Below are positions 12,881-25,620 of a DNA stretch of 64,000 nt, in pieces. This DNA comes from Camelus ferus (Eukaryota). Location: NCBI RefSeq assembly GCF_009834535.1, contig NC_045696.1, positions 80,788,001-80,852,000 on the forward strand. Reading direction: 5' to 3'. Each line of letters opens with the position of its first letter. The stretch's first letter is position 1. The notes under the pieces are model-generated. The model did not search any database. It was not told where the DNA came from and saw only the letters and a list, made by a program, of their open reading frames with translations. The position numbers and the translations under genes are program-made.

Positions 12881-14057
12881 ACTGGAAATGAAAATTCCAA
12901 AAGGCACATTTTCCTGTCTGTACAAAGTTTATTATCTACTCGGCTATAATTATCCATAACTAAATATACTGCAAATTTCATAACGAGATGACTAAATCAG
13001 GGCATATCTAGATGCCAGTTTAAGGACTATTGGCAAACAGACAATCAATATCAATCAGGACGGCCCGCAAGCTCCTCTTATAGGAGATGGCATTGAAGGT
13101 GACAGAAAACCACCCTCTCTGCCTAGGACCAAATCCAAGTTTATGGTTTCAGCAAATGAAAGGAGAAAATTTCTTCTATCCATCAATCTTACATTCAGCT
13201 GTGGCCTGGACTTCAGAAATAAGCTTAGCGCTAACAATTTTTGAAAGTCCTTTTGCAATATTTTTTTCACAAATACTCTCACGGAGGAGGAAGTTGCAAG
13301 TTAAGGAAATTGCATAAGGTATCTACTCTTTAGCTGATCTAAATATTGGGTCCAAAGCAGTATGTGAACTTCAAAGACACCAGCAGCCACAGCATTGCTC
13401 CACTGCCGCTGAAGAATGTCTCCCCAAATCTCTAGGATGAGGAACAGCTCTTTCTCTGCCACCCCTCCCCAACTCAATGCATCTACCATGTTTTCAGTGC
13501 CCTGGAATGTCAAGCATCTTTGTTGAGAAACCAAAACTTAAAGGAGCTAAGAATCCACTTCCTATCTGATTCTTCACTTATCTTAGCCTTAACCCTCGTT
13601 CTCAGTTTTTTAGCTTGAAAGTCACCCCCTTTGATAAAGACAAGGCCAAAGTAGAAATTAAATATTTCTGCGTTCTTTCTGCCCTGCGTGACTCAGTGAT
13701 GGTTCAGTCTCTTCTTCCTCTGATTTTTTGTCCCAACCGCAGCTTTATAAAATAGTACTTTTAAATTTGAACTTAGTACTTGTTATGAGGCTCCCCTTAT
13801 TCAGAGCTTGAGTCTCTTTAACAAAATTCTTACTCTTTTGATTTTGGGTCCCTAGTTCTATCTCCTCTCTCTGTGCTTTAAAGGGCGAGGAAACTCCAAG
13901 AACATTCCTTGAAGAGTCCCTTGCTATGCAATCTTGCCAAATTTCTCTAAATGTTTTTCAAAATCTGCTTTCCTAATGTTCAGAATTTGTGTGTAAGTAG
14001 GCTCAGAGTTCCCATTTTTGGCTATTGTAAATGCTAAGAAAAAAATAGACACTTTCT

Positions 14058-14970
14058 GATCTCAAATCAACAACCTAACTTTACAATCTAAGGAACTAGA
14101 AAATAACAAAATAAACTCAAAGCCAGCAGAAAGAAGGAAATAATGAAGATCAGAGCAAAGACAAGTAAAATAGAGAATAAAAGAACAATAGAGAAAATCA
14201 ATGAAACTAATTGTTGGTTCTTTGAAACGATCAACACAATGGACATAAATTTAGCCAGATGGGCTAAGATAAAAAAGAGGGATGCTCAAATTACTAAATC
14301 AGAGATGAAAGTGGGAACATTACTATTGAATCTTCAGAGAAAAGGGAGCACTAGAGTATGTGAAGAAATCAGATCACCTACATGAAATGGACGAATTCCT
14401 AGGAACACCAAACCTGCCAAGACTAAATCAGGAAGAAACAGAAAATCTGAATAGACTATTAAGAAGATTGAATCAGTAATCAAAAATCTCCCAAAAGAGA
14501 AAAGTCCTGGACCTGATGGCCTCATAGGTGAATTCTATCAAACATTTAAAGAAGAGCTCAGACTAATCCTTCTCAAACTTCTCCAAAAAATTGAAGGGGA
14601 GGGTACGCTTCCTAACTCATTCTATGAGGCCAGCATAACCCTGATACCAAAGCCAGACAAAGGCACTATAAGAAAACTACAGACCAATATACTATCTGAA
14701 CATTTATGCAAAAATCTTCAATAAAATACTAGCAAACAGAATTCAGTAGCATATTAAAAGGATTATACACCATGACCAGGTGGGATTTATTCCTGGAGTG
14801 TAAGGGATAGTTGAACATATGGAAATTGATTAATGTAATACACTTCATCAATAAAATAAAGGGGAACACCCCACTTAATCATCTCAATTGATGCAGAAAA
14901 ACATTTGACATAATTCAGTACCTTTTTAACATAAAAACACAACAACATAAGAGTAGAAGGAAACTATTTC
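14058..14970 (+). mobile_element. Old L1 ORF2 fragment (region between endonuclease and reverse transcriptase), inactivated
   Basis: ORF 14143-14385 'KIRAKTSKIENKRTIEKINETNCWFFETIN' and downstream KSPGPDG, '[18 protein letters not shown]' and 'IHHDQVGFIPGV' are L1 ORF2 motifs, broken by frameshifts and stops. Confidence 0.9.
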
Positions 14971-16084
14971 TGTGGAGGACTCACATTTCAATGTGTATGC
15001 ACGCTGAAATTTGAGAAGTGATGGTGTAGACAATAATTAGATGGAAATTTGTCTTTTAAAAAACCTGTATTCATTACAGGGAGTAAAAACATCTATCCCC
15101 TTTATTATGTCTTCCAGTGTGGTTTGCTTGAAATTTTTATATATTGAGAGATAGTCTACTTTATTATCACTTATTTTTATATTATTTCTCTTTTGTTGTC
15201 AACACATATTTGTATTTTTAAAACTGTGAATTAATTCCATTTCATGATAGTAAAGAGGATGTTATGACAATAAAAAGGATGGTTTGCTGTGATAAGGCTG
15301 AAAGCTACTGAATAATGTTTAATGGAAAAATTGTGTCCATGTAATCACTGATGGAAGAGCTGCTTTGGCTGGAATAAAATTTGGATTCTGGGATTAAATC
15401 CAGAGATAGCTTCAAAGTAAGTTTATTCACTGCATCATCCAGAGGTAAGAAGCTCTTGCAGCAAAGTAGTTGAAGCTAAAAATGTACCAATTGCTACAAG
15501 ATGTCATTGATATAGATAATCGTATAAAAATCAGACCTTTAAACTATGGCAAACTACTCACTGTCCTTGGTAGAGATGATAAGTAATGATGCAAACATTT
15601 TGTATCATAGACAAGGGTGCTGTTTTTATCACAGCTGAGTACATTTCAGAATTGCCAAATTTAGAGGAATGACACATTCCTGTTTTCTAAAAACACTAGT
15701 GTTCCACACTCTATCTTTTCTATGATAACAAGTGTCTATCAATTCTATGATAGTGATGAATTTAAAATCAACATTGTCTCTTCAAAATAAAAAGTGTCAT
15801 TTTAATAACACAGGGGAGAGTGTCTGTTCTTAAAGGAAACTTGGGCTATGGTAAAGGGCATGACAGCAGACCTTTGGAAGTGCTTCCTTCCTAACTGGTT
15901 GACTTTGAAAAACACGTGCCACCTATAAAAATTCTCCTATCTGCCCACTTTAAAAAGCTTGGAAACAGGCATCTCTAATTCATTTAGAAAATCTACCCCC
16001 AAATGACTTTCAAATGGGTTTTGAATCTACTTGTTAAATACAATTGTTAAAAATATAAAAATGCAAGACCTCTGATCAGTTGGC

Positions 16085-16095
16085 AAAAACAAAAC

Positions 16096-16127
<32 letters not shown>
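16085..16127. repeat. (CAAAA)n A-rich simple repeat
   Basis: Seen directly in the sequence. Confidence 0.85.
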
Positions 16128-16229
16128 CTGGTCTCTAAGGTATTGAATGAATTGTGAGGAGGTAAGGAAAGGGTTTGAAAGTGTTCTTCCTGGTCTCCAA
16201 GGCATACTCCATTTTGTTTTATTTCACAT

Positions 16230-16560
16230 CTGTGATGCCCTATCTGAAATTCTAAAATCTGAAAAGTTCTGAAAACCAAAAGTTTTGTTCATAACTCACT
16301 TGGCAGTAAAATCTGACCTGAACTGATTCAAGGCTATTTGCAGCCACTGGTTTTCTGTGTGGCATACTGCTCATGCCTTTTGCTGCAGAAGTCTGAGGGT
16401 GTTTAATTATGGGATGCTGCCTTTTCTTTTTTAGAGAGAATTACCTCTCCCCAAATGTATATAGTCTTAGCAAGTGGACAATTTGAGGCCAGAATATCCT
16501 AATAAAATTCAGAATATCCTAATTTCATTTGGTCCTAAAGGTTTTGGAGCTTGTGGACAT
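16230..16560. mobile_element. Degenerate Tigger-like (TcMar) non-autonomous DNA transposon
   Basis: Ends 'ccctatctgaaattctaaaatctgaaaagttctgaaaacc' and 'tttggtcctaaaggttttggagcttgtggac' resemble ancient Tigger/MamRep elements. Family uncertain. Confidence 0.4.
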
Positions 16561-17859
16561 GGACAGATTCCGAGTGGTGAATATAAGATGGGTAAAGAAT
16601 TACGAAGAACTTTTGATGATACACAGGGGTTTTTTTCATTGTATTTTAATGTTAAGGATCAATATTTCTAAATTTCATTTCCTGAATTTTTGTTATTAAA
16701 GGATGGTTGAGTCACATCATTGGGCAGAGGGTCTGTAATTCAAAGTGAGCATGTAAGTCAAATGGATTGTCCCACTAAAGAAATAACATACATATGTATA
16801 TATATGTGTGTATGTAACACATTTTTTCCTTTCTTGTTTCACCTTCTCCTTGCAAAGGGTCCTGACTCCTGAAAACACTCAGAGCACAAATCAAGCTGAG
16901 AGCTGAGAGGTTTCTGAGAGATGCTTTTGCTCTATCTGGGTATGAGAGTAGGGATGTCTTGTCTGGCCTTACAAACTAGGCTAAAGCATGAGTTAGAAAA
17001 ACGTGCCTTTAGTGTGACAGATTGTACAAGTGTGAAAATCTATACCAGCAACAATTTAGTGTGAGTGTCCTATGATTGCATTTCTTCTGGAAAATGAAAA
17101 GTGATGCAGGCGAATAAAAATGTTTTCAAACCCCTTAGCTTTTAAAAAATGTTTGCCAAGAAAACACTTCCATATTTCTCTGGAGGTTCCGAAAGATTAG
17201 AAGGCACACAGGCAGGGATCCAAGTGGCTCTCATCCTGGGAAGTTTTGCCATTCTATTATCATTAAAGAAACCTTTTATAACATGTCCTTCTATTTCTAT
17301 TCTTCTACTCTAAGTTAAAACATTTGTTGTTATAATAAACATAACTTTCTAAATCTAAACTGAACTAGGGAAGTGTAAAACCAAACAAATGTTTGTAGAA
17401 ACAGTTTATTTGCAAAATGCAAAGAATGTTAATGTGTAATTGAGTCAAAAGCTAGATGTTTTTGAGACTATAGGAATGATACCTGATTTCAACCAACACT
17501 GAAGTTATGACATGAAAAGCTAAATTGGTGGTATGTATATTTGGGTGAAGGTCGAATCAAAACTTGATGGGGAAGAAGTTTGTCTTTAATTTTGAAATGG
17601 GAATATGTATGGTGCAGAAACTGGTCTAAGGGTGGTAGAACTGAGTTCCACAGGGAAAAACTGCAATAACTCAAACTTACGTTTTATAAATGAATGGAGT
17701 GCATGAAGTTAAAAAAATGATGCCGTTAATTGAACCTCACTGATACCTTCACTAATTCACCTCCCCATGAAATTTATATGGTCAGGGAATAACTACCTCA
17801 TGCCCTTGAGTAAGGCTCATCCCGAATATTTGGTTTTCCTGAATATTGGTTTCTTTCTA

Positions 17860-18530
17860 TCTATATCAGGATGCAGAATCTGACCCCTTCCAACACTTCC
17901 ATGACTCTCATTCCAGTCCATCCTTCCTTAGACTCTTGCTTGGTCTTCATGCTTCTACCCTCACCCTGATGTGGTCTGCTCTCCAGATAGTAGTCAATGT
18001 GCTCCTCCTAAAACAAAAGTGGGATTGTGTCCCTCTTCTGCCTCAACCTTTTCAGATCAATTAACACTAAATTCAAACTCATTCCTTTTAGGAACTTGCT
18101 CTCTGATCCCCCTCTGACTCCATTTTCCATCACTTTTCTCCTTGCACACATCACTCTACTCATCTTTGCCTCCTTACTCTTCACTGAAAACCAAGCATAT
18201 TTCTGCCTCATGGCCTTTGCACGACCTCATCCCTCTGCCTGGATGCTCTTCCTCTGGACATCTACAAGCCTTGCTCCTTTTCTTCTCCTCCAGTGTCACC
18301 TTATCAGAGAAGCCTTCTCTGTCAGCCTCCCTCCACTTCATCCTGGAAGCCCTTGTCTTTTCCTTTACCCTGGTGTATATTTCTTCACAGTACCCCTCAT
18401 CGCCTACATATTTCAGTCTGTCCTCCTACAGAGAAGCAGAGGCTTCATTTGTTTTACTCATGTAGTATCCTCAGCCACTAAAACAGTGCCTGCAACATAG
18501 TGGGCTTTTATAATGTAGGAAGGAATGAAA
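17860..18530 (+). mobile_element. L2 fragment (3' region)
   Basis: Pyrimidine-rich L2 body ('cctttgcacgacctcatccctctgcctggatgctctt...tcagagaagccttctctg') ending 'aacagtgcctgcaacatagtgggc'. Confidence 0.75.
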
Positions 18531-19989
18531 ACTTATATTTGATGTTAAGTTTAAAAGTTAAAAATACATAGATATGTTTGTATAAAATATGTAGCTTTGG
18601 AAAAAATGTTAGTTTTCCTTTATTATGGGTTCCTAGAACATTACTTTTCTTTTTACTGTCCAGTTTATGAATTTTTTGTTGGAAACTGATGACAGTTGCT
18701 TGTATAGTTTCTTTAATACAATTATAGCAACCAATTGACATAAAATTGATTATTCTAAACAAGTATTCACTCTTTTACATGATTTTGCATGTTTTCTCAT
18801 TTAATAATCATGCTACTTTGTATAAATGTCCAAATCCATTAAAATGAAAACAATTTTAAAAGACACATAAACATTGAAACTATAAAGATATTTTAAACAC
18901 GTTTTTAGATTTATTTAATGACTGTTAGGGGAGTTGGATCCTTTTGGGTCTTTGGGTGTGAAAAAAAAGCTTCTAAGGGACTGGCTAAGGGTAACTGAGA
19001 AGATTATCTCTGGTGTTCCAGTTGGGGCTGTAGGCGTCAGCATGGCCCCTTTAAAGAGTCACGTGGTAGACAGCACACAAACTGACCGTTAATGGGAGGA
19101 ATTATGAAACATGTGAATGGTCCACAAGAAGCTAAAATAAAGATCTAGAGTCTCGATGCTTCTGTACACCTTGGCAATACCCACTTTGTTCCTCATCCTC
19201 CCTTGAGATTTCTGGTCCTCATCACTGTCAAATAGTTTGTTTTTTTTTTTTTTAATTTTGAGCCTCGATAACCACGCTGTTCTCATCTTTCATTCTGTCA
19301 GTGTTAGGATGGCTAACGTGATTTATGTCAGCAGGTGACTGAGGATAAAATATCCTGCTTCATACTCTGCGTTTCCAGGGTACCCTGTCAACGGTGGTTA
19401 ATTAGCCTTAATAGTTAATAAATGAGGCACTAATTAGGGGACTGATAGGTGGACTGAATGACACAGGGTGTCAGTGAGGGTTATAGAGAGACGAGCAATG
19501 AATGCAGGCTCTTGTTATCTGAAGGAAAAGGGCCCCAGGGGCTCACAGACTCAAGGCAGGGCTGGGAGACAAGACTGGAAATAGCAGATACAAAGGAAGT
19601 GCCAGGAGGTTAAAAACAAACAAATCAGGAAGTGGGAAACTGTCTCCGACTGGGTCGCCCTGGTCAGGGCAGCGCTGCTGCTGGGGCTGCTACTGCCTGT
19701 GCTCAGTGAGCCCAGCCCTAAACTCTGCCAGCTCCCTCCTTCCTTGGGATTCAGTTCACTGGCCTCCAGGGGTGAATGGAGTGGTTGGTGGTGGGAATAG
19801 AGAGTAGGGATCTGCCCTTTGCCTTGGAGATTGTGGCCTCAAAGTGTCCACTTGCTGAGACTATACACATTTGGGGAGAGGTAATTCTCTATAAAAAATC
19901 ATAAGTATTAGAAAAGATGATGGATGCTGTGCATCCCAAAATGACCTAGGTGATCTGGATAGCAACGTATGTATAAAATATACCACAAG

Positions 19990-20800
19990 GTAATATCTGG
20001 GAGGAGCACATTGGTATGCAAATTCTACAGAATATTTTATAAGTAATATGTGTATGTATAGATAAATAATATGTTTCTATTAAAAGCATTAATGCAAATT
20101 AACAAGAAGAGCAATAGTATCACACAGAAAAAATGAAGCAATAGACATGAATAGATCATTCTCAGTAAATTGTACCAAAAATAAACATGAAAAATAGTGT
20201 TTATCATTGTAGATTATTGAAGAAATGCTGATTAAACCAAGATACGATTTTGCCATCACATTTTCAAATTATAGGCAAGATAATACATAATATTGAAAGG
20301 TATTTTTGCAGCATCTCACAGAGCTTCAAAAATGTTTATAAACATTGATCCAGTAGCTCCACATTTAGGACCCTTATCTAAAATTTAGAGTTTAAATCTC
20401 AACAAAGATTGGTATCCAGTGTTCATTCCAGAATAACTTAAAAATTTCTAAAAAGTCTGGAAACATCCTAAAAGCCATCAATAGGTGAATAATTAGAATA
20501 TTCTTCAACCACTAAATATTTTCTAAATTAGTGACAGTAAAAAATGCTCAGTTTATAAATATTCAGTGACATAAACAAGATGTTAAATTGTTTGTATAGT
20601 GTGGTGTTAATTTTGTAACAAATCTTTATGTATAGAAAACAAATAAAAAGGAAAAATAACAAAATATTAACAATGGGTGTGGGTGTAGGGGGTAGACTAT
20701 AGCTACTTTTAATTAAATACTGTTTTCTGTAGTCTTCAAAATCTTGTATTTTTAAAACATAAATTTAAAAATTATAAAAATGGGCATGTATTACTGTTAT
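19990..20800 (+). mobile_element. Highly diverged L1 (L1ME-like) 3' fragment
   Basis: A-rich stretch with L1-like motifs 'aatagacatgaataga', 'gaaatgctgattaaacc', 'gatccagtagctccacatttagga', 'tggaaacatcctaaaagccatcaatagg'. Confidence 0.55.
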
Positions 20801-22059
20801 ACTGAAAAGAAAAGATAAAAATGAAAGAGGATTTAGAATACCACTTGATTGATAAAAAACATCAAACGTGTATGCAGATGGATATACAACAGGATTTCAT
20901 AGTCATTTTTTCTTGACATTTCTGAAGATATGGAAGGTTTGGAAAAACACCAACAATCAACAAATCTTTCAGGAAAATAGACATAATTACATACAGAATC
21001 ATATTGTATCTAAAACTCATCTTTGACATTCCATAGCTCAAGTTTATCTCTAAACAACATATGGCCTTTTTCTATTTTATTCCTCTAGCTCAGGGAGGCA
21101 GAAATTCAATTGCTATGAGGGCACTTAAATAATTTTATTTCTAATTATAGTTACTAGAAAGATCTATTGTTACAGGTCAGTGCCAAATGTTTTAATGATG
21201 ACACTTAGGAATTTGGGACACAATTTTATAGGCTGCTGCTTCTTAATCAAAAGTGTTATAATTTCCAAATACAAGCTTGTAAGAGTGCATTACTTGTGTG
21301 TATAATACTTATCAAATCATCTGTGACTAATAAAACTTGAGAAAGAATGGGAAAAAAGGGTATTCAGCCTCTCAGTAACATGCTTGTCTTACACTTGCCA
21401 AACTCCTCTTAGGCAATACTCTGCTCAGAGGGCCGTATGTTTAATCGTAAAAATCTGTCAGTATCATAGGATTCAAAAGACATCAATCATTTCTGTCAAC
21501 AAGGAGAGAGTGAAGGCTGTGTGACTTCTCTTATCATCTGGAAAAGATGTGCTCAAGAGGGAAAAAATGTAGTGCAGGGAGGGGTGAGTAACTATAGGAA
21601 AACAGGAAAACTGAGTTCCAGACTGTAATTTCACTCCTCCCTTCCTCTGAACTGGATTGCATTCCATATAGTTCCACGTATGCAGCAAGACATTATGAAA
21701 CTCGGCCTGTCTGGGCTGTGCAACATCCACTGAGTGCTTTAAAGCGGCCATCGTTATTAACATTTTGGGGTATGTGGAGGCGATGCCTTCCTTCGGCTTT
21801 GGCGGAACACAATATTGTGTAATGAGGTCGGAGTTGGCTTACATTCAAAGCTATATTCCAAAAGGGCTGCTATTCAAGCCACATGGCAACTGGTTCTTTT
21901 TCTATTAAGACTGTATTCTAAGTGGACATCAAAATTGCTGTGTTGGGGCAGTTCTACGGGCGCAATGGGAACTTTCCATGTTTTACTCCTGATTTATTAT
22001 TTTATACTAAGATTTCTGAATTATACCCAGCTTGAGCTTTAAAGACATCAAGACACGAG

Positions 22060-22380
22060 TTCCGATCGCCTGTGTTCTTGGTTGGGTGACCTTAAGCTGG
22101 TTACTTCACTCTTCTGAGTCTCGGTTTCCTTGCTTGTAAATTAGTGATAACGCAAACGCCAGAGAGTTGGAAGCAGGCTTATAGATGACGTCAACAAAGC
22201 TCCTACTTCTTAACTGTGTCACGTTGGGCACGTTATTTCACTTTTTGACCCTGTTTTTAACCTGTAAAATAGGCCAATCATGGCTATCAGCTGCGATAGA
22301 CGAAGATTAGACAACATAGGCAAAGCTCCTATAACAGCGCCTGGGCATTTGGCTACTCAAGGGTACCTGATAGTAAAAAC
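22060..22380 (+). mobile_element. Two tandem MIR fragments just upstream of the CpG island
   Basis: 'gggtgaccttaagctggttacttcactcttctgagtctcggtttccttgcttgtaaa' and 'tgtgtcacgttgggcacgttatttcactttttgaccctgtttttaacctgtaaaatagg'. Confidence 0.7.
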
Positions 22381-22599
22381 ACTAGTGAACATTCCCTTGG
22401 TTGATGCGGTTGAGTTTGAAACTTAGGGGGAAGAGAGAATCAGAAACAGGGATCAGGAGAGAGGCCCAGCCGCCCGAGCCCTCGTGCCCAGCGCGGGCCG
22501 CCAACCTGCGCCGCGACGCACTCGGACCGGCACCTCCTCGCCCCACCCCTGCCAGGCCAGCGCGAATCCGCGGGCCGAGTTCCGGGCGGCGGCGCGGTC

Positions 22600-22715
22600 C
22601 CCACTCTGGTCCTCCCTCCTTCCCTCCTCCCGCGCCTCCAGCGGTGCCAGCTGCGCCCGAGCCCCGAGACTCCAGCGCCACCGCGCAGGCTCCCGCGGCC
22701 GCCCTCGCTCCACAG
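22600..22715 (+). other. PLD1: Putative non-coding exon 1 (5' UTR) of PLD1; TSS approximate, alternative donor at 22750/22751
   Basis: GC-rich segment ending in the donor CAG|GTAGGA at 22715/22716. No PLD1 coding exon is recognisable in the window, consistent with a long intron 1. Identity is inferred from synteny. Confidence 0.55.
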
Positions 22716-22768
22716 GTAGGAGCCGCGCCGCGGCCGCCCTCGCTCCTCAGGTAGGAGCCGCGCCGCGG
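22693..22768 (+). repeat. 35-bp tandem duplication (2.2 copies) spanning the splice donor
   Basis: CCGCGGCCGCCCTCGCTCC(A/T)CAGGTAGGAGCCGCG at 22693-22727 and 22728-22762, one mismatch. Confidence 0.95.
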
Positions 22769-23122
22769 TCTGGGCGCGCAGAGATCCCGCGGGCGCCCGG
22801 TTTCCGCTGCGCTCGCCCTCCGTCCCTCCTCCCGTCGGCTGCGGGCAGCTGGCCGCTCCCCGCCCAACTTGGACGGGACCTTGGCAGTGGCGTCCGCGGC
22901 GGGCGCCAGCGCCATGAGGCCTCGCGGGACCGGCCTCCCTGGCAGCCCCTAGGGGCCTCCTGCGCACACCTTCGTCCCAGTTCCAGCAGAGTAGACGCTG
23001 ACGACTTGCGCGCGCACTTCTGCCAAGGGCCCGCGGCTGCCTGGAGCGCAGGGCCGCGCTGGCTCCACCCGAAGTTGGAGGCGTCCTCTGCAGGATGCAC
23101 CTGTCTGCCCCACCGCTGGGGC

Positions 23123-23168
23123 CCCCAGTGCAGTGTGTCTGGTGTCCCCAGTGCAGTGTGTCTGGTGT
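23123..23168 (+). repeat. Perfect 23-bp tandem duplication
   Basis: CCCCAGTGCAGTGTGTCTGGTGT at 23123-23145 and 23146-23168. Confidence 0.95.
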
Positions 23169-24324
23169 CGCCGGGTCATCTCGCGCTCCCGGGTTCGCGT
23201 CCCCTGTGGGATGAGCGGGATGGCGGGCGCGATGGGACCAGCATCCCGGACCAACCAGGAAGTGCTGCATTCCGAGGCTTAGAGCCCAGCCTGCCAGATG
23301 CACTGTCCCTGGCTTGTGGCCACACAGCTGCTCGCTGTGGCGCCCAGGAGGTGATGACGCCGGGGTGGGGCAGGGGACGAGGGGGCAAGGAGCTGGGCGT
23401 GTGTAAAGGGACTTGTTTTTTTCGCTCTAGCTCAAGGTATTTGGGACTTAGGTCTCAGATCCAAGAGCACGATGCTCCAAGCCTTGGCCTTGAATAGGAT
23501 TTTGTGACGCCCTTCAGAACTGCCCTTGTAGAATCAGTCCAGAACAGAACTGCCGCCACGCCTATATTTGCTCCTTCTCTTAGTCTCGGATTATTGCCTT
23601 CTTTACTTCCTCTGTGAAGTAATAAAGGCAAGTAGATTCTTAAAGACCACAAGGATTTCTGCGTTTGATTATCCCTAGGTCTTCCCCCAGAATGAGTTCC
23701 CTTAACTTCATCTGCCAAGCCTACCAGTTTCAGCTGAGATCGCCCTTTGGGGGCTTTCCTGGGGCTTTTGGGAGACCGAGGTACCCAGAGATCTCTGTGT
23801 TGCGTTAACTGGCTAATTAATGGTGCAATGAAAGTGTAAAGAATGAAAAGAATCTTTAACTTGAACTGTTAACGGACACCACTTTTTCACACTGCCTGTT
23901 TGAGTAGGGTTTATGTCAATATTATATGTTTTGTGGTAACATACATACAGGTGAATTGTGCACAGGCTTTTAGCTTATATTCGTACACAGCCTTTAAATA
24001 TTGTTTGGGGATCTTTCCACTAATGTCTGAGCTCACAGTCTGTCTTCACAGGATCTAGTATCATTCACAATCAATATAAAACATGTAAGTAGTTAAGGCT
24101 TTGAGGAAGATGTGTCTTTACTATGTTTGTCCCTGATGTGAGAATATTTGTCAACCATGGTGAGAAGTGCTGTAAAGCATTCATTTAGGCTTGTTGATTC
24201 ACTTATAACTGGGTAGCAGGGGACCCTGCTCCTTGGAAACTGTCTGATTACTAAGTGTATGTTTCTTTTGTTGTTGTTGTTGTTGTTTTAAAATTCATTT
24301 ACCTTCAATTCTTACAGGATTTTT

Positions 24325-24480
24325 AAAAAGTTATTTTATTCTATTTTTATTGTGGTAAAATACACATAGTATACAAAATTTGCCATTTTAACCATTGTTC
24401 AACATCTAGTTCAGTGTCATTAAGTACTTTCACATCGATGTGCACCGTCACCACTATCCCTCCACTAAACTCTTTTCGTC
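24325..24480 (-). mobile_element. Old L1 3' end fragment
   Basis: 'ttttattgtggtaaaatacacatagtatacaaaatttgccattttaaccatt...ttcagtgtcattaagtactttcacatcgatgtgcaccgtcaccactatc'. Confidence 0.75.
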
Positions 24481-25409
24481 TTTCTTTTAGGGTTTTAATA
24501 ATTATTTTAAAGATAATGATTATGATGCAAGCTTTAGTTTTCTCATTAAGCAAGATTTGAGTTCCTTCTCATAGCTTTAGAGAAATTCACTTTTAAAGAT
24601 GAAGGAAGCTGTAGCCAGACTATGTTTAGTAAATCTTATATCCATCAGGAAAGGTCTAATACGTTACTATATGAAGATAAGCTTGTGAGCTACTTAAATT
24701 TGTATAGAAAGGTACTGTGAGGTGTAGTTGGCAAGAAGGAGAAACAGGTAAGGGAGTTGTTCTTTCCTCCCCTGAATACCTAACAGAAAAATGAAATACT
24801 TTGTCTCCTTAGCAGTGCAGTAGCGTGTTTCTAAATTATGCTTGAGCTCAAGTTGTGGCAGTGTTTTAGAAACTAAAAGCAATTTTGGTCAAGCTAGCTG
24901 CTGGGTGAGCAGATTCCTTTCCATGCCAGGTGTTTACTAAAGATTGATGGTAGAGGACTGATCGAGGTAGAGGTAAGATACGGCCCTTTAAACTCACAGT
25001 TAGTGTGAGTCATTGTGTCCACGAGAGAGGCTGTGGCTGTGCCAGGCCTGGCTTTATGTTTATAATCCTTTAAGTCTTAGCACCACAAAATAAAATGTAT
25101 TCTTTCACCAGGGTGTGGATAAATGTTGTTCAGGGTTAAAATGAGAAACTCACAACCTACATTTCCCATAAGCCTGTGACATTTCTGGTGAGAAAAGGAA
25201 TGGTACAAATCTGAGTGTTAGTTTCCCTAAATTCAAAGTGCAGAGTAAAATCTGGATCCCAGATGTTTTAGTGCTGGGTTATTAAACAACAGTGTATGGT
25301 ATGTTTCATAGTGTTTCATAGTGTCACAGTTATTTTTTTCCTTTGTGCTGTGAAACTTGCTTAATTTTTGAATTATTGAACAAACATTCTGCAACAGAAT
25401 AAAATGATT

Positions 25410-25620
25410 TGCTTATTTAATCAACACTTAAAGATGCTTACTGTGTGCCAGGCACTATTCCAAGCATTTTACAAATATAAACACGTTTTATTCTCAAAAC
25501 AACCCTGTGATGTAGGTAATAGTCCTACCATCCCATTTTATAGATGAAATAATTGAGGCACAGTGAGCGGCAGAGCTGGGGTTCCATCCCAGGCATCCTG
25601 AACCCAGGATTTTGGCACTG
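25410..25620 (-). mobile_element. MIR SINE
   Basis: 'gcttactgtgtgccaggcactattccaagcattttaca...aaccctgtgatgtaggt...cccattttatagatgaaataattgaggcacag'. Confidence 0.8.

Larger units (their letters stand above)
22460..23400. promoter_or_regulatory. PLD1: CpG island promoter, probably PLD1
   Basis: Very high GC and CpG density against an AT-rich, CpG-depleted background, with GC boxes. The island itself is seen directly; the gene name rests on recalled human synteny (PLD1 divergent from TMEM212). Confidence 0.8.

Noticed and set aside
22693..23168. Short direct repeats as a CRISPR-like array
   Set aside because: Only two adjacent copies with no spacers, in a eukaryotic context with no cas genes.
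22382..23497. Long overlapping ORFs (337, 287 and 177 aa) on both strands
   Set aside because: Expected by-product of a GC-rich CpG island with few stop codons. The translations are Ala/Arg/Pro/Gly-rich with no recognisable domain.
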